From NCBI GenBank assembly GCA_028534125.1, contig CM052816.1, positions 61,506,001 to 61,570,000 of the forward strand: a stretch of DNA of 64,000 nt, given 5' to 3'. A program made the translations under genes and the position numbers. Source of the DNA: Lama glama (lineage: Eukaryota). The notes beneath the pieces were generated by a model. It searched no databases, was not told the origin of the DNA, and saw nothing but the letters and a program-made list of their open reading frames with translations. Every line of letters starts with the position of its first letter. Positions within the stretch are counted from its first letter, which is position 1. This document shows, one piece after another, positions 26,141 to 38,209 of the stretch.

Positions 26141-29100
26141 TTTGATTTTGATATAAAATAACTTTTATACATTTATTTTATATAATAATTTTTTCACATT
26201 ATTTTGTAATTTTTCTGCTTATCTGTCTTTTCCCAAATAGACCACAACTTACTTATCCATCTTTAGATTCTAGTATATGGCACTATACCTGGGCATGATA
26301 GGTGCTCAGTAAATCCCTGTTTGAGAGAATGAATGTAAAAATGTTGCTCCTCAGTACTTGGATTTAAAGGTGAGGCATAAATCAAAATTGTTCTCTATGA
26401 ATATTGAATAGAGGAGGATACAGTGTGAACTCAATGCAGAAGCCACTGATAAATGGTATGTCTTTTCCCTATAGAATGGCTTGTAGAGGATTCTGTAAGT
26501 ATGTCAGAGGATTGGGTAAAGCTAAAGAAAAGGCAGGTAGAATTATCTTAGTCTAAGATACTTTAGCTTTTATTATTTGTTGATGGCTTTAGCTTTTGTG
26601 CAGGTATTTTGGGCAGTCATGACAGAATGAAATAATATTCATCATGAGCATAACATAAAGGACGCAGGCAAAATGAGAACAAGGAGAGGAGATGAGAAAG
26701 GACTGCTATCAGGTGGAAATATAAGTTGTATTTATTTGTGCTCTTCAATTTTTTTTTGCTTAATTTGCCTCCTAAAATAATTTTTAAAAGTGATGTACCT
26801 CTTTGCATATTTTAAAGCTGATATCTAAAATACTTCTTATCATAAGTTTCAGGCTACAGAGACAATATTTTAAAACAGTTTGTACTGTATAAATTTTTTC
26901 AAAACTTTGGAGGTGCTTGTTTCATTCAGTCTTGAAAAATGTTCACCATAAAATCTAATTGGCTAAATCCGTCCTTTTTGCCAAACTACTTAGCTAAGTC
27001 AGACTTACTGTCTGTCAGTAACAAGCCTGACTTCACCTTTTAGATCAAATCAACCTGGTAATACACTCCACGACAACCATTCTCACTTCTGAATTCTAAT
27101 TGTGAGATAGAATTAGATGGATATTTTGATTGATTTGTAAACAGTCAGATAGACTGATAGACACAGGGTCTTGTCAGGATGAAACAAGCATCATCCCCTT
27201 CAATTTTTGCTGCTTTGTTTAAGGGATTATCCTTCAGGATCAATGAATTATTGAGTTTCCCCTTTGTATTATGCTCTGGTGACTTACACCTGGGAAGACA
27301 ATGCACCATAATAAGGTTTGCGGTGGGTGAGAAGTATGTTTTCTTTTTTATAAAGGAGAAAGAGGACAATTGTGAAAGGCAAAAGAGAGACAAAATACTG
27401 GTGACTTGAAAGTGCGTCCTCAGGCAGATCAGTTTTAGGAAACCGTACATATGAAAATTAAGGACTTAGAAATGGATTCTGTTTAAACATTTATATCTGC
27501 ATTACCCATGAGAAGACTTTATTTACATTTTCCTGAGGACTGCTGGTATGGGTTGTTTCTATGTAACATCATAAGCATTACACACTATGATCACAAGATA
27601 AATTGATTGTGACACCCAGAATATACTTTCTGTTGCTTTGAGAAATACACCAAATACACTTTATCTTACATTCAAGAGTATACCAGATACTGCAATCCTG
27701 TGGTTTACCAATTACAAGAGAATAGAGAGGATGAATGTATGAATAGTCAAAAGAGAAAGTTATGCAGTAGGAGAAGAAATCCTTTTCCTCAAATGTAAAG
27801 TGAGCAAGATGAAGATTTTGAAATTCAAAAATAGGGAAAGGAAATCTCCAGGTATTTTAATGAGCATAACCAGTGGTTGTAATATTTGTTTCTTGAAAAT
27901 ACATTTTGATCTGATGAACAAGAATGGGATTAGTTGTTAACCCCTTCCTCCTGTAATATGACTAATCATTATGTATACACAATGAAAGGGAACTTTTACA
28001 ACTTGAATTTTCCTGTAGTTTGTGAAATTTTATTTTTTACCCAAAAAGTTTTTCATTCCTAGCATAAAACATAAATAAAAATGTCCAGTCTTTATTTTTC
28101 CTTTTTTTAAAAATCACCCAGGCCCACCTGTCACTGTAAGGTTAGTGCCTTTGATATCACCAGCAAGAATTCACCAGGTACAGCTTCACAACCTCCCAGT
28201 GTGTGGTGGGTAACAGACTTTACTGAAGAAACAGTCCAGAGACTTGAGCAGATACACTGTGTGGGTTTTGGAGAGTAGGGCACTGCCCACTTTGCTCTCT
28301 GTCCTATGGGACAAGTGTAGGGGAAGTTTTGTGTTCAGTCATTAAAAATTTTTTTTCTCACTTTAAAACTCTGATTACTTTTTATTTTAAAGATTAGTTT
28401 ACAAGGATATTATTAAAATACTTAAATGTCCATATCAATACTTATTTAGCATTCTAAATGTAATATATTTTAGAATCTGCAACATTACTTTATGAATTCT
28501 AACTTTTGTATTAAGTTATAATGCAGTACAGCATTAGAATAAGTATTTGACCAACGTTACGAAAGCTTCCTATTGAGCTGTTTATTGGGCTGTTTGTGAA
28601 ATATTTGTGTTTTAACCACACCTTAAATTGCTGGTGTACAATTAGGAAAACTGTATGATATCAATTTTATTCCCATTGCCGTATTGCCCTAGTTTTTTTT
28701 TTCTTTAATAACAACCTGTGTTAGAGTTGAAAGGACTCCATATATTGCTTATAGCTCAGAAGTATAAAATACAGTCTGTGGCTATAATAAGAAACTATTC
28801 CAACAGGTCCAAAAGATACTGGGAATAAAAAGCCACCCATTTTCTTTTTGTAAAAGCAGTAGCAATCTGCAGACAAGCTATTCTAGCTTCAAAACAGCAT
28901 GGTAGATGGTTTTATGGAACTCACAATTACAAAAATCCACTTTAACCTCTCTTTCTTACTGGCAGGTGTCCCATTGGCTTGCAGCCAGAGGCTGTGAGTG
29001 TAGTACAGCCGGCGTGTCCCCCAGAGTGCTGAAAATGCCGACACTCCAGCTGGCTGCTCATAATTGCACTGATTGTGGTCTGACAACCAGAGCTCCATGA

Positions 29101-29181
29101 AAGAAATGTGATGAATATACAAAAATATTTTACAAATTTGATCAGATTACAAATTTCATTTCTCTTTTTTCTTCTCTATAG

Positions 29182-29225
29182 ATATGATATCTGCACTTAT
29201 AAAAATAAGCCCTGTGGAACACTGG
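29182..29225 (+). CDS. ADAMTS6: ADAMTS6 internal coding exon, 44 nt (probably orthologous to human exon 8); metalloprotease domain
   Basis: Pyrimidine tract tctcttttttcttctctatag ends at AG 29180-29181; donor G|gtaagt at 29226. Reads A-TAT GAT ATC TGC ACT TAT AAA AAT AAG CCC TGT GGA ACA CTG-G = (R)[14 protein letters not shown](G), matching ADAMTS6 as I recall it. Phase 2 in, phase 1 out. Confidence 0.96.
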
Positions 29226-30469
29226 GTAAGTTTTTTGTAAAGGGAGGATAGTTCAGATTGTCTTTTGGTTCAATGGCTTTACTCTTTATTATTAATAATT
29301 TTGTAATTTTCCTCTCTGGCACAGTTGAAATTATTCCTATAAATTGTTAATCCTGACCTTTGTGGATATGTCACTTACTGGGAAACAAGTAGAATGATGA
29401 TTTAAAACAACTTAGAAGATGATTCAAAATCATCAAACAGTAATGATAAATCAGAAGTTACCACTTATTTTCATATAATCTATCTCTACAATGTTTTTCT
29501 CAAATAAGGAGTTTGAGAGCAAATTAAAGCAACCAGCAACTTCAAATCTCAGTCTAGGAAAGAGAAGGAAAAAAAAAAACTTGGAGGATATTTATTGGAG
29601 AGGCATTAAGAACAGTACTTTTGGGCCAATTCTGTGGAAGAGAATATCCCCATAAATAAAGATATTATTGGAAAATTTTTACCTGAATCGAAAAAAAGCA
29701 ATTTTGTAGAACATTGAAGCCAGAGGTGGAGAGAGGACAGAATTATTGTTCTTGTGCCCCCCAAATATCATTTGTTTTTTAAAAAGCAATTTTGTAGTAT
29801 TCTAGAATTTAAAAAATCATATTTGTTGTAGAGCATAACCTCATACTGGTTAAAAGTTAACTGCAAATACAAATGGGGGAAAATTGTAGCTTTCAAGTAG
29901 ACTAAATTTTAAGCAACTAGAGTTATTTTAAGAAACAGGTGCTTTTTTTCTATGATAATATTTTTAATGTCATAGAGACTTTTTACAGACTCAGAAGTTA
30001 AGCAACTGAAGATGAATGCCTTAGATTTTCTGACAAGCCTCACTTTTCATTTCTGTAAAGAAATAGTTATGAAATCTGTTCCTATGTACCTCATGAGAAT
30101 TTTGGAAGATCAAGTTTAAAGTAGAGGTGGGAGAAAAGGTGTTACCCAACTTCCTGGGGGAGTTCAGTGAACCATCTCTTCAGAAATTAAAATTTCTTTT
30201 AATGATTTACCTGCCTTCCCAGGCTTCTCCTACCCCATTTCCCTCAGAATTTATGGCTAAGGAAGAAACCCCAATTTGCTAGTGACAAGTATTACGGTGG
30301 AGAAGTTTGCTATTTAAAAAGCAGAACAGAGAAAGAGCTCTTTGCTGAGAGAGCTCACTTCAAAGAGATTTCTTTGTAGTGTTTTAGGTTAAAAAGACCA
30401 ACAATAATCTAAAGGAGGGAACCTGAACTGTAAACCAACAACTGGCTTTGACAGTTTCAGTGCATTACC

Positions 30470-30625
30470 TTTTACAGTTTATTTAGCTCTTTCTTCCTTA
30501 GTTTCCTTATCTGTGAAGTAGGAGTAATATCTGCCCTTATGCTGCAGGGATATTGCTAAAATCATTTAAGAAAATATAAAGGTGTTTAGTAAAGAATATT
30601 GTAAAAATAAACTGGTATTATTATT
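30470..30625 (+). mobile_element. MIR SINE fragment (a weaker one lies at about 30020-30115)
   Basis: MIR core ccttagtttccttatctgtgaagtaggagtaata and a tattattatt tail. Confidence 0.65.
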
Positions 30626-33360
30626 TAATGTAGAAATTATCTGTACTGTTTAACTCCCTCCCTCACTCTATTTTTGTTCAACTTCTATAAGCATTTACTA
30701 AGTACTCAGTTTTAGATACAGTATTCACTAAGCCTCAAAGAAAGTACAAGCTAGAGTTTGTATTTTCTAGTGTATATATATTTGAGGAAATATGTATGTA
30801 AAGATATACACATGTATACATCTATGCATGTTCTATTCTGTCTTTTGAAAATAGATTATTTACACTGAGGTATGTTCTTCATAATACTGCCTAGTACTTT
30901 TATTGTCATTTTTGTCAAAATAGTATTTTCTTATCCTACCTCTCCTTTTATTTTTTTCTAAATAATGTGTTCCAATTTTGATTATTAATTTCTAGAATCA
31001 ATACGTTAATACTTGGGTACCTGTCAATGCATTTTCAAGCCTAATACACTTTTCAAATTAAAAAAAAATCATTAATTATTTTTGTACTCTCTCTTACTGG
31101 GAAAGCTGTATGAACTGTATTAAATATACTTGTATTAATTTTCGTATGTGGAAAATATATTATCAGCACAGAATTGATCAGGTTGTTTTCTTTTTGAGTG
31201 GTCTTTCTAGTAACTTTCATATTGGTTTTCATGCTGATTCTTGCATATTCTCTTGCTTAGTACTTCTGGTGACCAATTGTAACATGGCTAAATAGATTTA
31301 AAGGTGCAAACTGTGACCATCAAACTGAGGAAATCTAAATGACCCGAACAGTAATCAAACCCCTATTAACACAATCACACATAAGAATTTTGACAGCTTC
31401 AATTTTACAGGAATATAAAAAATGGTGGGGAGTTGTGAAAAATACATTAACATCTAAATTATTCTTTTACTTTTAGTTATGATTTACCTTTGTATTCTCA
31501 ACAAGTAGTAGTTATTTCCCAAATATATTTTTTCTTAAGTTGCCCTGTTAGTGGAGCTAACAGTTTTATATCAGATGCAGAGGTAAATCTGTGTTTGCAG
31601 ATACACCTTGGGGAGTCATTGAGAATTCTCAATTAAAAGTACAGCCGCATGAAAACACACACACCAAACAACAAGAAAAAGTTAATCCATGGAGTAATAT
31701 ATTTCAGGAAATATAAGAAATGTTAATTTAACAGTAATTATTCTTAGTAACCATTTTTTAAAACCAAATTTCTTAAAGCTCAAAACAGAAACAGTGTTCA
31801 AAGAGTGACTTTGTTCTTTCCATATCATGGAACATATTGAATCCAATAGCTTAAATGCAGATAATGTACTGCAGACTTTCTTGTATTCTCCCTCTCTTTG
31901 TGTCTAAGTGGAGTTTGGAAGTAATACTCATTAAATATATTTGGTTAACAACAAAAAACTTAAGTCATCTTGCCCCAGCTAGTCCTTCTTTTTTTACCTC
32001 CTCTTCTTCAGGTCTCAAGAGTTCTAAGTGAATGGAAGGGCAGAACAAGGGTATCAATATTTATGGTATCTCTGTGAGGCAGAAATCAACCCTTTCCTCA
32101 ACTCCTGCCCCTCCCACATAAAACAGTAGGAAAAGCAAGCAATCTATTAGCAAATCCAACACTAACCTCAACTCTGTTCCAATGTAGTTATTATGTTGAT
32201 ATTTCATATTAGAGGAAACAGAGAAACACAATTTTTAGAGCTTGTCAGTAAAAATATGAATTCAACAGCTTTTACTGTTCCAAATTAGTGCAACTGGGAC
32301 ATTGTATCTAGCACAGAACATTGTTTATTGCATTCAATAAATACTCATTTAGTTGGATTGAAATCACTTTTGGTGGGTAAATAACTACTAATATTCAGGT
32401 GATGAAAGTAGACTACTAACATGTAAAATATTTTCCTTACATTTCTTTCAATTTCTTCTAAATAATTTTAGTACATATGTGTGTTAAGTATGATTTGGCA
32501 TCTGTTTCCTTATAACACATGACATTTTATGTTTCTCACAAAAATTCTTTTTTCTCAGCCCTATTTTAAAGCTGTGTACTAATTCACAGAGCATGATATT
32601 CATTTGGAAGTATATATTAAAGCTTTTACGTACTAAAATTCCCAAGGGAAGAATACCTTGAATAACATAGCATTTCACTAGAATCAGTGAATTAACACCA
32701 TAGTTTTTGCTTTATTACTAAAACTCAAATGCATTTAAGGGGGATGGGAGAGAGGAGACTCACACTGAATGTGTGAATGACTTTCCACCCATTAAAATAC
32801 TTAAAGAAATTGCTGCATCACTAGCAGGACTAATTTCAGAAGATTAAAAAAATGTGAAAACCTCCCATCTTTAACAGTTTTCCTTTTTCTCTTTTGAATC
32901 ATTCATTTTTGTTTTTATAAAAATGTCATTTAAAAAAACCATTTGGGATTCCCTTTTTTTGGTAACTCAAAAGTTGCTTGTATATTTTTATGAACCCACT
33001 AAACTTAAACAGATCTCTTTAGAAAAATAATGTGGATATATTTTGCTTTCTACAGGCTGAAGAATGTTAAAATAGAAATGCTTTCTTGAATTCCCTCTTC
33101 TGGCTCAAGTTACTAGGTGGTCCCAAGTTACCAGAAGTAAAATTTATAAATCTAACCCCTAGTCTAGACATTTTCCAGCACTGACTGCAGTTCAAAAAAT
33201 ATTAATGTCTAGCCGGCAAAGGGAAACTCCCCCCAGTGATTTTGCAAATGACTAGAAAGTTAACCTTTTGCCAACTGCTCCTTCTGTGCATGGAGGTTAT
33301 TAAAAAGAATCCAGGCATTTATAAGTATGGGCTTTTTAAGACAGAAACACCTTGGCTTGA

Positions 33361-33495
<135 letters not shown>

Positions 33496-35579
33496 TGAGT
33501 GAGTTTAAGAAAATCAAAATAAATTTTAGAACTCCACTCTTTTGAGCAACTCATAACTACTGTGTGGAACGCCTGTGCTCAACCATATTTTACAGGCTTT
33601 TTGCCTGATTTCAGTAGAGAATGTTATCATTTAAGATACTGGGATAAATCATCTTAAGAATTGGAGACTTGTTAAATAATTTTTTTGATTCAGTGACTAG
33701 TGTCCTTGGAGTGGTGAATGCACCACACTTAAATTTTGTTATAGACATTTAAAATAACTTAGCTTTGCTGTGGTCCACTCAACACCCAGTTTTTCAAAGT
33801 CAAAGTGTTTAAATGATCTTTCTTTTCCTCTAGTGACAATACATACATATTTTAAAATCATCATTGACACCATTACCATAAAATGTACTTTGAATTTTCA
33901 CTCTTCATACAGCTGTGAACATGCCTTTTCCAAGTTTGTGTAATCATTGCTTTGCAACTTGTATTTTCAGGTGTACTTGTGAAAAAACAAACAAATAAAA
34001 ACTAATGTTACAAGAGTAATGAGCTATCATCCTCACTAATTTTTAGGAGGATCTTGAGTTTTTAATATTTCTTTTAAGTAAATCTGTGTCCCAAACTATC
34101 CTATGATTTCCCCTTCCCCCAATACATCCCTCCCAATAGCAATAAAACCCCTTCTTTCCTTCAAACAACAGGCAATACTAAATGTAAAAGCTACCTTATA
34201 TGGAGGGAGAGAAGTTTGAAAACTTTAAAAACATAAACATTTTTAACTAAAACAAGCAGCCTATTTGTAAGAACTTCTGCTGTTTGTATGATTTAAGTTT
34301 TACAATTTGCTTTTTTGGTAGAGAAATGGATGGGAGTGAAAACAGGACAAGTAAAAATGAATGTTTATTATATACCTGCCTCAGAGGTCATTACTGAGAT
34401 AAATCTATAGTTTAGCTTTTTTTTTTTTTACAAAGTGGAGAGTAAAACTGGATCAGTCTGTTGCATTATTATAAAACTTGCGATTTAAGTTTTACCAAAC
34501 TGGTATTGATTTATGTGTGAATTCAAGGAACCAACAAGTTTCAAATCTGACTTAATTCAGACATGGGGAAAAATCAGTATTATACTTTTAATGAAGTCCT
34601 AACAATATTGGTAACCTAGTTTCCATTGCAATAAACAGCAGAGGAATAAAAGGGAAAAGGCCTCTTAACCACGCAGTTTATCTTCAACTCACTTAGAAAC
34701 CTGACTCATTAATGACTGTCATAATCGTATGCAGCCAGACTGGATTTAATTGGTTCTGTTAGATTCAATTAAATTGAAAGTTTAGGACAAGTAACATGCA
34801 GTGGATGAATAATGTGTGTATAAGAGCACCATTACCTCATGCAGCCACAAGTTAGTCCATGTCAACATATGCATGATAAGTCGCATCCTTGTATATACTT
34901 ACATAGCCACGGTAAGAGTTTATCTTTTTGTATCTTTTATTAGGATTCTAACTGAGCTACTCTCAGGCTTCCTATGTTTTCTTGTTGACCTTGTGGATAA
35001 TCCTTTTTAATTCCTTCTAAGATGAATGGTTTGTACCTTATGTAGAAGACATGTAAAAGAGAAGTAGAATATACCTCTTAAGATTGATGTGCCTTAGAGT
35101 AACTTTATTTCACAGCTAATTCGTGTTTGATGATGTGAGGGTTAAAAATGAGGGGAAAATCCACAAAACACTTTATATTGAAAGCCAGAAGAAATGCTTC
35201 CATTCAAAAATGTTATTTAGCACACTAAAAATCAGCTTTCTTTCTGTGTTGATTACTATATCACTATCCTTCTATCTCCTTGTCCTCAGACGACTAGGTA
35301 GAATGTGTTTAACACACCATCTTTTCCAATATGTCGAATTATTATCAGTCAGTTAAGGGACATCTAATTCATGGATGAAAATCCTTTTCTTGTTTTTATG
35401 ATCTTAGGGTTTAGCTTTAGGAAACTTAGGAAGCCAACTCTGGTAAACTCATGTCACCATTAAAATACAGAGCTCTCTATTTTTCCTGAAACAAAACAAT
35501 AATCATGGTAGATGTATCAAGTATTCTCTAGGTAGAGTATAATGTACTCTGTACTCCATGGAGTATAAAACAGACGTTT

Positions 35580-35750
35580 TATTGAAGTGACACGACTTCT
35601 GAGATTTGCTTTTAAAAGAAAGAAAAAAGAGAAAGATAAAACAAAAATAACAACATCTTTAATTTTATAATGCTGATGGTATGTAAATGAGAGTTCATTA
35701 CACTACTCTCACTACTATTGCATCCTGATATTTTTCTCACAAAAAAAAAT
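35580..35750 (+). mobile_element. Old L1M 3' end fragment
   Basis: tctgagatttgcttttaaaa..gagttcattacactactctcact resembles L1MC/ME 3' termini. Confidence 0.5.
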
Positions 35751-36189
35751 AGGTCCTATGATCATAAATCTTTTAGATTGGACTTAACTCATTTATGAGT
35801 TAATAGTGATTGAGTGAACTATAACTCTAATTTTGAAAGAATTAAAAGAAGTGTCAACAGTTGTATTGAAAGCTATTTGGGTATATCATTCTTGCTTTTA
35901 GAAAACCAGTATCAATGTTTGGTCTCACAAACAGGGATATACTTTCTATAGAAGATTGGGTAGGAGATGCATGTTTTTTCAAAAAGGAGAAATTTAGCAA
36001 GACTTCAGGATAAAATTGTAAATTAGGTTACCTATGTTACAAGTTCTTATTACTCTTTCCTTATCTAAACTTTCCTTCTCCTGCTGTAACTACCTAAGTG
36101 TCTTTAACTGCTTGATCAGTGCTGTGCTTTCTTAATAGAAGGCTAGTAATAAACGTATACCAAGGTAGTTGGAACATTTATCCCTTTGT

Positions 36190-38205
36190 TTCGTTTTGGT
36201 ATCAAAATAATGTGAGTCTTATAAAGTGAGTTAAATATTCTATTTTCTGGAAGAGTTTGCTTTTCTATGAGTATATTTCAAAACATTTGGGTATAATTTC
36301 CATACAATAAATATGCATACATTTTGTGTACCATTTGATGAATTCTGACAAATATATGGAACCATGTAACCAACACTATAATCAAGATATCAACATTTAT
36401 ATTATCTGAAAGAGTCCTCTTGTTCCCTTTTACAGTCAGTCTTCACACTCCTCTCCCATTCCTTGGCCCCAGACAACCACAGATCTGCTTTCTATCTTTA
36501 TAAATTAAGCTTGTCTTTTCTGTAGGTTCATTTAGGTGGACTCGTAGAGTGGTTACTCTTGTGTCTGGGTTCTTTCCCTCAGCACAGTTGTTTTGAGATT
36601 CATTCATGTTGTTCTTGTGTATCAATAGTTCTTTTTTTTTTTTTTAAGGTTATTCCATATCATAATAATACGCATCAGATTTTAGGTTGTTTCTAGTGTG
36701 GAGCTGTTGAGTAGAATTGATGTGCACATCCATGTACAAGAATTTGTATGGACTTATGCTTTCTTTTCTCTTAGGTAGTACTACTGATACTGTGGTATGG
36801 GTTAGTTTCACTTTATAATAAACAAGCTTTTTTAAAGTGTCTTTTTTTTTGCCACTTTTTTTTGCATTCCTACTAGAGAGTTCCAATTATTTCAGATCCT
36901 TGCCAACATTTATTATGTCTTTTTGATATGACTATTATTATGCATTTTAGTGATATCTCATTGTGGCTTTAATTAGTTGATTATCTGTTTTCTGATAAAT
37001 AATAATGTTAATGATGATGAACATCTTTTCATGTGCTTATTTGTCATTCATTATCTTCTTAAATGTCTATTCAAATCCTTTCCCATTTAAAGAAACTGAG
37101 GTATTTTCTTCTTATTGAGTTGTAAGAGTTCTCAGTATATTCTGGATAGAAAGTCTTTATCATGCACACATAATGTGAATATTTTCTCCAAGGCTGTGGT
37201 TTGCCATTCACTTTTTTTTTTGCATTTTTTTTAATTGAGTTATAGTCATTTTACAAGTTTGTGTCAATTTCCAGTGTAGAGCACAATTTTTCAGTTATAC
37301 ATGAACATACATATAGCCATTGTCGCATTCTTTTTTGCTGTTAGCTACCATAAGATCTTGTATATATTTCCCTGTGCTATACAGTATAATCTTGTGTATC
37401 TATTCTACATATGCCTGTCAGTATCTACAAATTTCAAACTCCCAGTCTGACCCTTCTCATCCTACCCCCCGCCTCCCCCTTGGCAACCACACCATTCATT
37501 TTTCAATGGTGTCTCATGAAAAGCAGAATTTTAAAATTCTGATGAAATCTAATTCATAACTTTTCTTTTGTCATTTGTGTTTTTTGTGTTTTAAGAAATC
37601 TTTGCCTTCTTCAAGACTGTGAAGATTTTCTTCTATATTTTTAACCTAGATGTTTTGTACTTTTAGCTTTTACATTAAGATCTATAATCCATTTTGAGGG
37701 CTTTTTGGTATGCTGAGGTAAGGGTTTAAGTTCCCTTTTTCTCATATGAATATCCAGTTTTATTTCAATACAATTTGTTTAAAAAATTGGTTGGTTTGCA
37801 GTTTTCTTTTAATGTCTTTGTCTAGTTTTGGTATCAGGATTAAGTTAGTTTTATAAATTGAATTAGGAACTGTTCTATTTTCTGTAAGAGTTTGAATACA
37901 TAAGTTTGATATTGCTTCCTTAAATGTTTCATAGAGTTCATGAGTGAAGCCATCTGAGCCTGGAATTTTCTTTGTGGGAATACTATTATTAGTTTAATTT
38001 TTAAATTAGATAAAGGATAAGATATTATCTAAATCCTTTGAGTCTTTTGGTTAATTATATCTTTCAAAGTATTAGACTATTTCAGCTAAATTGTCAAATT
38101 TGTTATATAGTTGTTCTTAATATTCTCTTATTGTCTTCTTTAATGTTTGCAATATAATGTTCCATCATTCATTCCTGATATTTGTAATTTGTGTTTTCAC
38201 CTTTT
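36190..38205 (-). mobile_element. Old L1M (MB-ME type) fragments interrupted by a younger L1
   Basis: Degenerate antisense L1 3'UTR and ORF2 (ttttgagattcattcatgttgtt; gaacatcttttcatgtgcttatttgtcatt; gtgaagccatctgagcctgga). Confidence 0.8.
37211..37491 (-). mobile_element. Young short LINE-1 3' end nested in an older L1
   Basis: Poly-T tail; same family as 15820-16158 in the opposite orientation. TSD core ccattca (37204-37210 / 37492-37498). Confidence 0.88.
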
Positions 38206-38209
38206 TTCT

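Noticed and set aside
26998..27031. Small hairpin gtcagacttactg-tctgt-cagtaacaagcctgac
   Set aside because: Too short and bulged for a pre-miRNA or other recognisable ncRNA.
28122..28140. 19-nt micro-exon candidate (cccag|..AAG|gttagt)
   Set aside because: The pyrimidine tract is separated from the AG by an A run, and nothing else supports it.
34702..34708. AP-1 heptamer TGACTCA (another at 9001-9007)
   Set aside because: Several occurrences are expected by chance in 64 kb.
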